Of a stretch of 64,000 nucleotides of DNA, positions 46,313 through 54,844 are shown in pieces. Source of the DNA: Actinomycetota bacterium. Its GTDB lineage: Bacteria; Actinomycetota; JAICYB01. The stretch spans positions 231,919-295,918 of the forward strand of contig JBBDRJ010000013.1 of the NCBI GenBank assembly GCA_040905525.1, read 5' to 3'. Positions within the stretch are counted from its first letter, which is position 1. Every line of letters starts with the position of its first letter. The notes beneath the pieces were generated by a model. That model did not search any database and was not told the origin of the DNA. It was given only the letters and a program-made list of their open reading frames with translations. The position numbers and the translations under genes are program-made.

Positions 46313-46968
46313 CGTGAATGAACTCCAACACCTTCACTTCTTCCCAGCGTACCAACGCCGCTGATCCGATCTCGTCATAGCCGCCCTCGGTGTCTCCTTC
46401 GGCGAACGACCCATCCTCCAAGACGCGATACATCCGCTCGAGGTAGAAGTCCTGCGGTTCCTCCGGATATCCGGCCGCGTACGAGCTATCGGCGAAAAGC
46501 CCTCCTGCATATCGACCGTCTTTGAACTGGATCCGCACGACGCCTGTTGGTCTAGGTGAAAACAGGAAGTCCCAGGCTCTCGGCGCCGGGTCGCGCCCGA
46601 CGAGTACCCGCGAAAGTCCTGGCCATCGATGAATCGACAGGCCGGATACCGTCCCGAGTGCGATGGGAGCCACGACGTACGCGATCGGGACGAGCCACAG
46701 CCACCAAGGGACGTCGTGACCTTCCAATAGAGGGTTTCTGACTCTTCCCGGGCGTAATTAGAGGGTTGTGAATGTACGCAATCCACAAACGGTACGCGGG
46801 GTACGCCGCTGCTGAGAGGAAGATCGCGGACACGCCGACGAACCGCAAGACACGATCGGCAAGACCGATGCCCCACTGTCCGGCCTCACGTTCGAGAGAC
46901 CACGTGTAAAGGGCTCCGGGTAACACCGCCACCACGAACACGAACAAGGCAGTGAATGACTGTGGCAT
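46281..46968 (-). pseudogene. Membrane protein gene apparently split by a frameshift near 46735-46760
   Basis: A hydrophobic N-terminal segment (MPQSFTALFVFVVAVLPGALY... from the ORF ending 47151) is followed, one frame over, by LEGHDVPWWLWLVPIAYVVAPIALG... (ORF 46281..46727). The first frame decays into an Arg-rich out-of-frame-looking tail. Confidence 0.3.
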
Positions 46969-47064
46969 TTCGATCCTTCCCCAACACGAACGAGTGTACG
47001 AGTCGGTGCCGACAGCCTTGAAGGGATTGCGTGAGATCTGCGGCGGTCGCGGATAATCCGAGCG

Positions 47065-48984
47065 ATGCGTTCTCAGTGGGGGTGGGCCGGAACCGCTCGA
47101 GAGTTCCTCCAGTTCTCGCGCGACCTCTGGCTTCGCTCCCTCGAGGAGCACTGCGAAGCATTAGCCGCGCAGAGGCCCTCGCAGTCACAGCGCCGCGTCT
47201 GGATCAACGAGCACGAAGCCATGGCCAACGCTCTGCGCACGTGTTGCACGGCCGAGCCCGGCGCCCAGGACTGGGGCGTCGTCTTCGAGTACGAGCTACC
47301 GCTCGAGGGCGGCCGCCGTCCCGACGTCGTCGTTCTCGCCGGCGCAACGATCATCGTCTGCGAGTTCAAGGAGAACCCCCAGCACTTCGCCGCCCACTTC
47401 GATCAGGTCGAGGCCTACGCGCGCGACCTGTCCGAGTACCACGAGGCCAGCCACGGCCGTCGCGTCGTGCCGATCTTGGTGTTCGTCGGCACGGAGCCGG
47501 TGGCGGGCACCCGCGACGGCACGATCCTCACCGACGCTGCGGGGCTCGATCAGTACCTCATGGCCAACGCTTCAACGGGGACGATCGATCTCGACGCTTG
47601 GCTCGACTCCCCCTATGTTCCGTTGCCGACGTTGGTCGAGGCGGCCCGGAGCATCTTCCGGGAGGAGCCGCTGCCGCACGTGAAGCGCGCCGTCGACGCC
47701 GACATCCCCGGGACGCTCGAGCTCATCGATCGGCTCATCTCCGACACCGAGGGAGAGGACGGACGCGCGCTGGTCTTCGTGGCCGGCGTTCCCGGATCGG
47801 GGAAGACGCTCCTCGGCCTGCGCGTGGTGTACGAGCGTCCGGTCGCGCACGGCCGGGCCATCTTCTTGTCCGGCAACGGTCCGCTGGTGAAGGTGCTGCA
47901 GGACGCGCTGTCCGGTTCGCGCGGCCGCGGCAACGGACGATCAGCCGGACGGGCCTTCGTGAGGGATCTCCATCAGTTCATCAAGACCTACGGGATGGGG
48001 ACGAAGGTGCCGCGGGAGCACGTGATCGTGTTCGACGAGGCGCAGCGCGCGTGGGACCGCGGGTACATGGCGGCCAAGCGCGGCGTGACGAAGTCGGAGC
48101 CGGATCTCCTCGTTGAAGCGGGCGAACGAGTGGAGCGCTGGGCGGTGCTCCTCGGCCTGGTCGGCGAGGGTCAGGAGATCCACTCGGGCGAGGAAGGCGG
48201 GATCGGACAGTGGCGGGAGGCGGCGAAGTCCTCGCCCGCGGCGACGTGGCGGGTGTTCTGTCCTCCGCGGCTGGCCGATGAGTTCCACGGGCTCGAGGTG
48301 CAGACGCACGAGCGACTCGATCTGGATGTATCGCTGCGCAGCCGGCGTTTGGAGCAGCATCACAACTGGGTGAGTTTGCTGCTACAGGGGAGCCTTTCGC
48401 TGGCCGCACGGCAGGCCGCGCGAGTGTCGGCGACCGACGGGTGGGCGATGTATCTGACGCGCGACCTGGAGGAGGCGAAGGCGTACGTCCGGGCGCGTTA
48501 CGCCGAAGAGCCGGAGAAGCGGTTCGGGCTGATGGCGTCGTCCCACGCGCGCAACCTGCCGAAGTACGGCGTGCTGAATTCGTTCCTGGACACGAGGAAG
48601 GTGCGCGAGGCGCGCTGGTTCAACGCTCCGGCTGAAGATCCGATGTCGTCGAACGCGCTCGAGGTGCCGATGACGGAGTTCGGGTGCCAGGGTCTCGAGG
48701 TGGACATGCCGGTGGTGTGCTGGGGAAGCGACTACACCTGGGACGGCCGGGAGTGGTCGGCGAAGGCGGTCCGGCGGAAGTACCCGCTGACCGATCCGAT
48801 GCAGATCGTGAGGAACGCGTATCGCGTGTTGCTTACACGCGGCCGGGACGGATTCGTGGTCTTCATGCCGCCGGAGTCGGAGCTCGACACCACCGAACAC
48901 GCACTTCTGGCGGCGGGCGTGCGTCCACTGCCGGAGCCGATGGAGTTGGGGGCCGAAGTCGTGCTGGCGACAAATGGGGGCTGA
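47065..48984 (+). CDS. DUF2075-type ATPase (Schlafen group III / Nhi-like) with N-terminal PD-(D/E)xK/NERD-like nuclease module
   Basis: N-terminal VVFEYELPLEGGRRPDVVVL...IIVCEFK (D...ExK). Walker A VFVAGVPGSGKT, Walker B VIVFDEAQRAWD, and C-terminal YRVLLTRGRDGFVVFMP, typical of DUF2075. Confidence 0.75.
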   Translation: MRSQWGWAGTAREFLQFSRDLWLRSLEEHCEALAAQRPSQSQRRVWINEHEAMANALRTCCTAEPGAQDWGVVFEYELPLEGGRRPDVVVLAGATIIVCEFKENPQHFAAHFDQVEAYARDLSEYHEASHGRRVVPILVFVGTEPVAGTRDGTILTDAAGLDQYLMANASTGTIDLDAWLDSPYVPLPTLVEAARSIFREEPLPHVKRAVDADIPGTLELIDRLISDTEGEDGRALVFVAGVPGSGKTLLGLRVVYERPVAHGRAIFLSGNGPLVKVLQDALSGSRGRGNGRSAGRAFVRDLHQFIKTYGMGTKVPREHVIVFDEAQRAWDRGYMAAKRGVTKSEPDLLVEAGERVERWAVLLGLVGEGQEIHSGEEGGIGQWREAAKSSPAATWRVFCPPRLADEFHGLEVQTHERLDLDVSLRSRRLEQHHNWVSLLLQGSLSLAARQAARVSATDGWAMYLTRDLEEAKAYVRARYAEEPEKRFGLMASSHARNLPKYGVLNSFLDTRKVREARWFNAPAEDPMSSNALEVPMTEFGCQGLEVDMPVVCWGSDYTWDGREWSAKAVRRKYPLTDPMQIVRNAYRVLLTRGRDGFVVFMPPESELDTTEHALLAAGVRPLPEPMELGAEVVLATNGG

Positions 48985-49903
48985 TTGGTTGAAGGCGTAT
49001 GTAGCCGTCACGGACGGCGATTGGTATCGGTACTTGAGCCGGTTACCTGATCTCGACGAGGTCAACTTCTGGCAACCGAGTCCGAGCGGCGCGTTTCGAG
49101 CGGTCCAACCCGGAGAGTTGTTCCTGTTCAAGCTGCACCATCCCGAGAATTACATCGTTGGCGGTGGCTTCTTCGCCGACTACAGTGTGCTTCCGGCGAG
49201 TCTGACTTGGGAGTCGTTTGGCGAGAAGAACGGGGCAAGCAGCCTTGAAGATATGAAGTTACGGATCCGGAAGTATCGTCGATCCTCTGACCTAACAGAG
49301 GACCCTGATGTAGGTTGCATCGTCTTAGTACAGCCCTTCTTCTTCGATCGCAGAGATTGGATCAGTGCTCCGCTAAGTTTTGCGAAGAACATTGTTCGGG
49401 GGAAGACGTACGATTTCGAATCGCTCGAAGGACGCGCGCTGTGGCGAGACCTCGAGGCTCGACTCTTAGCCGTTCGTCAAGACGAATGGCAGGAGGTCGC
49501 GGCGCTCGGTGCTTTCGCTATGGTCCGTCGCAGGCTGGGCCAGGGCGCCTTCCGCGTCCTCGTAACGGACACCTATCGCCGCCAGTGTGCAATCTCCGGC
49601 GAGAAGGTGTTGCCGGTTCTTCAAGCCGCGCACATCCAACCGGTTGCCAGCGGTGGTTTGCACCGCATCGAGAACGGCCTTCTGCTTCGCTCCGATATCC
49701 ACACGCTCTTCGATCGTGGGTACGTGACGGTGACTCCGCGTTACGAAGTCAGGGTGAGCAATCGACTCAAGAAGGACTTTGCTGACGGCGAGTACTACGG
49801 CCAGTTCGATGGCCAAGGGATTTGGCTGCCAACCGCTGAGCAGGAACGGCCAGACGCGCAGCTTCTCGAGTGGCACTCCGACACAGTTTTCCGTGCGTCA
49901 TAG
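48974..49903 (+). CDS. HNH endonuclease (HNH_2-like) with ~190-aa N-terminal recognition-like domain
   Basis: C-terminal CAISGEKVLPVLQAAHIQPVASGGLHRIENGLLLRSDIHTLFDRGY (HNH). Overlaps the DUF2075 gene by 11 bp. Confidence 0.75.
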   Translation: MGADWLKAYVAVTDGDWYRYLSRLPDLDEVNFWQPSPSGAFRAVQPGELFLFKLHHPENYIVGGGFFADYSVLPASLTWESFGEKNGASSLEDMKLRIRKYRRSSDLTEDPDVGCIVLVQPFFFDRRDWISAPLSFAKNIVRGKTYDFESLEGRALWRDLEARLLAVRQDEWQEVAALGAFAMVRRRLGQGAFRVLVTDTYRRQCAISGEKVLPVLQAAHIQPVASGGLHRIENGLLLRSDIHTLFDRGYVTVTPRYEVRVSNRLKKDFADGEYYGQFDGQGIWLPTAEQERPDAQLLEWHSDTVFRAS

Positions 49904-49914
49904 GGTCGGGTAGG

Positions 49915-50625
49915 TCAGCCGTTCGCTTGGACCGCAAGCCGCTCGTCTAATTTGGTGCGAACGAGGTTTCGCTTGTCGTCGTCGAGTGCTTTTGGTAATT
50001 GAAGAAGCCAGTTCACGAGATCTGGACCTTGGACAATCGGAACGCCATTGTGAATCTGGTCACTGGTTGCGATCGCACTTGACCCTTGTCCCCAAACCAC
50101 AACGATCGGACGAACCTTGACGTCCACACCTGAGTGCTTGAGTAGCAGCCCGACGCTGCGTGCATTGGCGGCCGCTTGACCCGCATAGGCCGTCTGGATC
50201 CTCAGAACCTGGCCGTTCGTTCGCGGTCGATCGTTGATCCACTTGACCTCCAGAGCGAGAACGCCTCCCGGCCCCACAACGATTGCGTCTACGTCTCCAC
50301 GCGTGAGCAAGATGCCTTGGACGAGATTCCACCCGTGTTTGCGCAGCTTCTTGAGCTCGTCGTGGGTGGCCTCCTCGCCCCAAGCGCCGAATCTGTGATT
50401 GATGGAGCCCGATCCGAACATGATCGCGTTGAAGACGGCCCATGCAGCGCCGACGGTCAAGGCGCCAAGCGCGAACATTCGGACGGAAGCATTTGAGTTG
50501 AGCCAGAGCAAGCTTCCGGGCACTGCCAGTACCGCGAGGATCATGCTAAGCCTTGGGAGCTCACGCCTAACGAAGGCTCGTTCGCGCTTTTGCAGCTCGG
50601 CTCGTGGATACGTCTTGACTTTCAT
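49915..50625 (-). CDS. NERD domain nuclease-related membrane protein
   Basis: N-terminal TM. GDVDAIVVGPGGVLALEVKW is the NERD core. Confidence 0.7.
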   Translation of the reverse strand: MKVKTYPRAELQKRERAFVRRELPRLSMILAVLAVPGSLLWLNSNASVRMFALGALTVGAAWAVFNAIMFGSGSINHRFGAWGEEATHDELKKLRKHGWNLVQGILLTRGDVDAIVVGPGGVLALEVKWINDRPRTNGQVLRIQTAYAGQAAANARSVGLLLKHSGVDVKVRPIVVVWGQGSSAIATSDQIHNGVPIVQGPDLVNWLLQLPKALDDDKRNLVRTKLDERLAVQANG

Positions 50626-50760
50626 ACCTTCGTCATCGGCGAAGGTGCAGTGGAACTAAACGGTCCGGCTGATGCCCAGCTCCACCACTTGCCGAACAAA
50701 GGAACGAGCTCGATCTCCATGGAAAGCCGGGCGTCCGGCTCCGGAGACGTAAGCCAATTA

Positions 50761-51177
50761 CTACTTGAGAGCTAGCTCTCGGAAGCTAGTCCTCGTGGCG
50801 ATGAATATCCGAGGGCCGGTTAGCGCCGTAACCCGCTCGATGTCAGACCATCGAGCGACGGCGATGCCAAGCTCCCCCCAAGTAGTTGGATCGCGACGAA
50901 CGTCGAGTACCACCAGACGAAGAGCGTTCTCTTTAACTGCGTTTATCTCCACCGACTTCTTCGTGATCTGCCGGTCGCGCGAGATAACGATCCAATGTCG
51001 AGCGGCGACCTCTGGGATCCATTCCGGATCCTTGGCTTGCCGGCGTATCGGACACTTCGGACGGCCGCGGCTTGGATCTCCGGGATCTCCCGCGTATGTG
51101 GTGTCGTAACGCGCCTGAACTAGACTCTTACCGAGAGCTATTAGATCCGCGTCGATGTAATAGCGGATGTCTGCCAT
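50761..51177 (-). CDS. DUF5615-like PIN-fold putative toxin
   Basis: MADIRYYIDADL...WIVISRDRQI pattern, adjacent to the DUF433 protein. Confidence 0.5.
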   Translation of the reverse strand: MADIRYYIDADLIALGKSLVQARYDTTYAGDPGDPSRGRPKCPIRRQAKDPEWIPEVAARHWIVISRDRQITKKSVEINAVKENALRLVVLDVRRDPTTWGELGIAVARWSDIERVTALTGPRIFIATRTSFRELALK

Positions 51178-51186
51178 CGACCGACA

Positions 51187-51897
51187 TCACGCCGCAGTGA
51201 GAATGTGGGGCCAGTCGGTTGCTTCGTAGGCGAGAGCGGCGATCACATCGTCTTTCGTCAAACCGTATGCATCGGCCAACGCCTCAACGGGCTCTCCCGC
51301 ATCGGCCTTCTCCTTAAGGACGGAAGTCGAAACGCCCCCGACGGCTGGAACTCCAAAACGGATCTCGGGATCAATCACGACCGGTGAGGATTTGCCAAGA
51401 GGACGAATCCGAGCGGCGATCGCCGCGGGGCCTCGTCCGTCAAATTCCACGCGCGCCAAGAAGTGCTCAGCGATCGGCAGGAAGACTTCTTGGCCGGTCG
51501 TCGGCTCGAGAAGGATGGGCATAAGCCCGGGCTCGCCGCGGATGTGCTCACTTGCTTCGAGCAAGAGCCTCCGCCCCGGCCCAACCCAAGGCCGAGCTGT
51601 TGCAAGAGGGTAGGGGACCTTGAGCTCGGTTCTGAGCTTTGTCATGAACTCTCTTAGGCGCCACAGCTTCACCTGTAGCGCCTTTCGGTATCCGGCGAGA
51701 TAGCCGGCTTCGACCACCTCACCCCAGGTCAATACAGCCGAGCCGGTTGGTTCCGCCCGCAAGACCGGGGGATAGGTCTTCCCTCTGCGCTCGCCTCCTT
51801 CGAGCCACCAGCGCAGGGTGGACGGAGGCACGCGGAGAACGCCGGCGGCGACGCTCACCTCGTACAGCTCTCGATCCAGGGCGGATGGCGCGGCCAT
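51187..51897 (-). CDS. DUF433 domain protein with N-terminal HTH-like extension (putative antitoxin/regulator)
   Basis: The C-terminal VIDPEIRFGVPAVGGVSTSVLKEKADAGEPVEALADAYGLTKDDVIAALAYE matches DUF433. The N-terminus has the HTH-like segment LRVPPSTLRWW. Confidence 0.6.
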   Translation of the reverse strand: MAAPSALDRELYEVSVAAGVLRVPPSTLRWWLEGGERRGKTYPPVLRAEPTGSAVLTWGEVVEAGYLAGYRKALQVKLWRLREFMTKLRTELKVPYPLATARPWVGPGRRLLLEASEHIRGEPGLMPILLEPTTGQEVFLPIAEHFLARVEFDGRGPAAIAARIRPLGKSSPVVIDPEIRFGVPAVGGVSTSVLKEKADAGEPVEALADAYGLTKDDVIAALAYEATDWPHILTAA

Positions 51898-51935
51898 GTT
51901 TGGACTCTAGCGTGCCCTACCGGCAGACAGAACTA

Positions 51936-52763
51936 TCAGCTCTGTCTCCTCTTCTTGTTCGCGACGATGTTCGTCAGGAACCGGGCCGAAGAAGCGGCCG
52001 ACTCCACATCGCCGGCGCTGAGGTCGTCCATGTCGACGTCGGTCACAGCGACCCCCTTCGCGCACGCGTAGTCCATGGCCGACTCCTTGTGCCGCTGGTC
52101 GCGGAGCTCGGTTCGCTGCAAGTAGTAGTGGCTGATCATGTGGAAGACCTCGCCGTGGCCGTACGAGAAGAGAACCGCCACTGGCGCTTCGCCGTACTTG
52201 CCCTCGAGCTCCTTCGAGCGCACGAGCACCTTCACGCGCTCGGCGTTCAGGACGCGGATCGGGTAGGACGAACCCTCGAGCCACCACAGCGGCTCCTCGC
52301 CAGGGTCGATCACGCCCTGGAGGAACGGGTTGTCCGGCTCGGCGATCTCGATGCGCACGACGTCGTCCGAGGTCGGACGGTCATTATACGCGACCGTGTT
52401 CTGGAAGGCCGGCTCGATCACGTTGCGCAGAGCCCAGTCGGTGGTGAACAGGCTCCCGCCGTCGGCGACGAAGTCGCGGATCTGAACGATCGCGCCGGGG
52501 GAGACGTTGCCCGGGCAGTTGATGACGACTAGCTGCTCGAGACGCAGGACGATCGATTCGACCTGCGATGCCTGGACGCGCGTGTGCGGCATCTCGAGGG
52601 CGTCGAGGACGAGGTGGATGTGGTCGTAGGTGCCGTCCACGACGACGATGTCCGAGGCCTGGACGGTCCGGACGGCCTCGGCGTCCAAGGGGGCCTCGTT
52701 GGCCAGCCGTTCCCGGGCAATCTGGGCGCCGGCCCGGTAGGCGCGTGTTCGCTTCTCATCCAT
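51936..52763 (-). CDS. Hypothetical protein, possibly ThuA/class I glutamine amidotransferase-like fold
   Basis: IVVVDGTYDHIHL...LVVINCPGN...FVADGGSLFTTDWA pattern. Strong RBS gaggaggga before ATG 52763. Confidence 0.35.
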   Translation of the reverse strand: MDEKRTRAYRAGAQIARERLANEAPLDAEAVRTVQASDIVVVDGTYDHIHLVLDALEMPHTRVQASQVESIVLRLEQLVVINCPGNVSPGAIVQIRDFVADGGSLFTTDWALRNVIEPAFQNTVAYNDRPTSDDVVRIEIAEPDNPFLQGVIDPGEEPLWWLEGSSYPIRVLNAERVKVLVRSKELEGKYGEAPVAVLFSYGHGEVFHMISHYYLQRTELRDQRHKESAMDYACAKGVAVTDVDMDDLSAGDVESAASSARFLTNIVANKKRRQS

Positions 52764-52788
52764 GACTCCCTCCTCGCATCGTACGTAT

Positions 52789-52817
52789 GCTAATAGCATA
52801 ATACTAACGCTAATAGC
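52789..52817. promoter_or_regulatory. Two copies of GCTAATAGC (near-palindromic) 20 bp apart in the divergent promoter region
   Basis: AT-rich 100-bp intergenic region between the ThuA-like gene (-) and the XRE regulator (+). Repeats at 52789-52797 and 52809-52817. Confidence 0.3.
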
Positions 52818-52864
52818 GACAAAATGCGTATTGAGAGCGTAGGACGCGGGATATAGTCGAGGCC

Positions 52865-53362
52865 ATGGTTGAGCGAAGCCGCAGGTCAGAGCGTCCGCCG
52901 GGCCCCGACGCGCACGCCGCCGCGCTGGGTCACGCGATCAAGGTTCTCCGGACCGATCAGGGGATGGACCGGGCCGAGCTGGCCGAGGCGAGCGGGCTGT
53001 CGTACCCCTACCTGTCCGAGATCGAGAACGGGAAGAAGCGTCCGTCGTCGCGAGCTCTCGAGTCGCTGGCCGAGGCGCTGGGCCTGCGGGCGCACGAGCT
53101 CCTGGCGGCCGCGGACTCCCGTGTCGAGATGGTCGAGGGGGCCGAGGTGGATGCCGCCTACCTTATGGCCGAAGCTCCGGCCCCGGGCTCACCTCGCCGG
53201 CGGAGCTGGTTCAGGGACGAACCGATGAGGGTTGCTTCATTGCGGGCTTCGGCTCCGGGCCACACCGCGGATCTTGCGCGGGAGCTGGGAGAACTGCTGA
53301 CGAGGCTGACGGCCGAGGACGCCGATAGAGTGCTCGATCTCGCACGGCGACTGGCGCGCTGA
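52865..53362 (+). CDS. XRE-family helix-turn-helix transcriptional regulator
   Basis: LGHAIKVLRTDQGMDRAELAEASGLSYPYLSEIENGKKRPSSRALESLAEALGL is an HTH_XRE domain. Confidence 0.8.
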   Translation: MVERSRRSERPPGPDAHAAALGHAIKVLRTDQGMDRAELAEASGLSYPYLSEIENGKKRPSSRALESLAEALGLRAHELLAAADSRVEMVEGAEVDAAYLMAEAPAPGSPRRRSWFRDEPMRVASLRASAPGHTADLARELGELLTRLTAEDADRVLDLARRLAR

Positions 53363-53452
53363 AGCTTGCAGAGGCAGGAATGTCACACTTGATCATCACG
53401 CTCGATTGAGGGGGTTCTGACTCGAGCAGCGAATGCGGGAGACAATTGATCA

Positions 53453-54355
53453 ATGGGAACTAGGGTTCGAGCGGGACTTCGTGGGGCTTCGGCTCGCTTG
53501 GGAGTAGTAGAAGCGGCGGACGTCGCGCGGCTCATCCTGGATTTGGAGCGGGCAATGCAACAGTCCGCGCTCGCAGTCCTCGGGCGGCCGGACGCCCGAG
53601 GCCGACGTGGCCGAACGATCGAACAGTCCGCGAGGTGGCGCCTCCGGGCGATCTCCGAGGGCAGTGTTGTGGTGGAAATGGAGCTTCCGGAGAGGGTCGC
53701 AGAAGCGGACGCGCTCGAACTTGACGTACAGAACCTCGCGGAGGAAGCAATCCACAAAGCGTTGCGAGTCGTGACCAACGAGGACGCCACTCCTGAAGTG
53801 GCTGCCTCCCTTGCCGAATTGTCTAACGACCTCGATATCGGCGAGCGCTACGAAGGGCTCTGGATTGAGGTCGATGGTCCGAAGCCACGCCGTGCCGAGA
53901 TTGATTCGGGCGTGCGTGAACGCCTGCGGGAGTTAGCGACGACGCGTGCTGATCGCAATGCCAAGCGTGACAAGGTGACCGGAACTTTGTATGAGGCCGA
54001 CTTCGAGAAGAACACCGCTCATCTCCGTATTCCTGAGGGCAAGTCCGTAAGGGTGTCTTTTCGAGATGCGATGGCGGACGACATCCAGATGGCGCTTCGT
54101 CATCCAGCAGAACTCGAGGGCGAGATCGAATATGACCCTCGGACGTCGATGGCGGTCGCTGTCGAGCTTCGCTCAGTTCGGCGAGCCGATCAGCTCATGA
54201 TTGGGCTTGACACAGGTGAGTTCTGGCGCAACCCGACGATTGAAGAACTCAGGCAGGCGCACGGTGTGGCGCCGATTGAAGATCTCGACTCCTTGCGCAT
54301 TTCAGACGCCTCGGATGAGGAGCTGGAGGCCTTCCTCGAAGCGCTGAGCGGGTGA
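53453..54355 (+). CDS. Hypothetical 300-aa protein translationally coupled to the PIN protein
   Basis: Clean ORF with no recognisable family. GTGA overlap with the PIN gene. Confidence 0.5.
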   Translation: MGTRVRAGLRGASARLGVVEAADVARLILDLERAMQQSALAVLGRPDARGRRGRTIEQSARWRLRAISEGSVVVEMELPERVAEADALELDVQNLAEEAIHKALRVVTNEDATPEVAASLAELSNDLDIGERYEGLWIEVDGPKPRRAEIDSGVRERLRELATTRADRNAKRDKVTGTLYEADFEKNTAHLRIPEGKSVRVSFRDAMADDIQMALRHPAELEGEIEYDPRTSMAVAVELRSVRRADQLMIGLDTGEFWRNPTIEELRQAHGVAPIEDLDSLRISDASDEELEAFLEALSG

Positions 54356-54780
54356 ACGCATCTGAAGTTCGCCCAGGTCCCCTTCTATTGGACACCGACG
54401 TCGTCTCATTTCTCATCTCTGGTAAAGGTGAGCACGCACGGTTCGGAGAGCTCATCCGCGGGCATCTTCTGGTGGTGTCGTTCGCGACGGTGGCCGAATT
54501 GCTTGTCGGTGCGGCCATCGCGGGGTGGGGCGAGCGGAAGATCAGCCAACTCGAAGACAGTCTGAAAGCGTATGTGGTCGTTCCCGGAACTGAGGCAGTG
54601 GCGCGAGCGTGGGCGAGGCTCTCTGCCAGATTCAGGGATCAGGTGAGCGAGAACGACCTCTGGATCGCTGCCTCGTCGCTGGCTCAAGTCGATCCGCCGC
54701 CAATCGTGACGAACAATCTCCGGCACTTCCGACCGATCGCCGACGAGTTTGCCTTGGAGCTCGTCCACCCCGATTTGTAG
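54352..54780 (+). CDS. PIN domain (VapC-like) nuclease
   Basis: LLLDTDVVSFLI...ENDLWIAASSLA... acidic residues in PIN topology. 142 aa. Confidence 0.75.
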   Translation: MNASEVRPGPLLLDTDVVSFLISGKGEHARFGELIRGHLLVVSFATVAELLVGAAIAGWGERKISQLEDSLKAYVVVPGTEAVARAWARLSARFRDQVSENDLWIAASSLAQVDPPPIVTNNLRHFRPIADEFALELVHPDL

Positions 54781-54844
54781 GCCCCAGAAGTGGGGCCGTT
54801 GACGGTGTAGGTGGCCCGGTCATACGGTGCTCGCGGAGGGCTTA

